A stretch of DNA of 64,000 bases from the NCBI GenBank assembly GCA_010909165.1, contig MU008197.1, positions 372,001-436,000 of the forward strand, given 5' to 3'. This DNA is from Anthoceros angustus (lineage: Eukaryota > Plantae > Anthocerotophyta). Below the pieces are notes generated by a model. That model ran no database searches, was not told where the DNA came from, and saw only the letters and a program-made list of their open reading frames with translations. This document shows, in pieces, positions 63,911 through 64,000 of the stretch (within the stretch, counting starts at the first letter, position 1; each line of letters starts with the position of its first letter). A program made the translations under genes and the position numbers.

Positions 63911-64000
63911 ATGGCGGCGCGAACGTCTGGGAGGAATGTGTTTCCGAGGAGGATGCCGAACGCCGGCATTTTGTGGGCTCTTGATTGGGATGGCTGGCTG
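63911..64000 (+). other. Possible start of a divergently transcribed gene running off the window
   Basis: ATG at 63911 stays open for 30 codons to the window end; a TATA-like cctatata lies at ~63840. Too short to support further. Confidence 0.2.

Noticed and set aside
1-64000. Frameshifts as long-read assembly errors
   Set aside because: The long conserved genes (EPCR, SAFE1, DJ-1, FAO, CYP20, COPG) read through without lesions where traced, so the clustered lesions elsewhere are probably real decay.

Overview
Eukaryotic nuclear DNA from a land plant with a compact genome and short GT-AG introns. A non-seed plant, hornwort-like, is my inference from intron size, gene density and gene content, not a determination. 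Six recognisable genes appear intact: a Tudor plus Enhancer-of-polycomb EPCR-type chromatin protein (~2000 aa), a mitochondrial-type ribosomal protein L36, a SAFE1-type SET/Rubisco-methyltransferase family protein, a two-domain DJ-1/PfpI protein, a long-chain fatty alcohol oxidase, and a plastid cyclophilin. Coatomer gamma is a seventh apparently intact gene. Two long intronless orphan ORFs lie among them. The first 5.5 kb holds decayed copies of unrelated genes: an MDR oxidoreductase, PPR, glutamine-dependent NAD synthetase and a BAHD acyltransferase. Transposon relics include a MULE-SWIM transposase, an L1 ORF1, a restriction-like-endonuclease (CRE/NeSL-type) LINE with a 19-bp TSD, and several minisatellite arrays. 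The most notable features are: (1) two tandem duplicates of only the last exon of the EPCR gene, each with its own TATA-like box and intron and an open frame over the conserved C-terminal helix (microProtein-like); (2) an intronless, bacterial-looking RtcA (RNA 3'-phosphate cyclase) pseudogene head-to-head with the cyclophilin; (3) the RLE-type LINE; (4) an AT-flanked orphan ORF at 36.1-36.7 kb. All homology calls are from motif recognition by eye; no searches were run.
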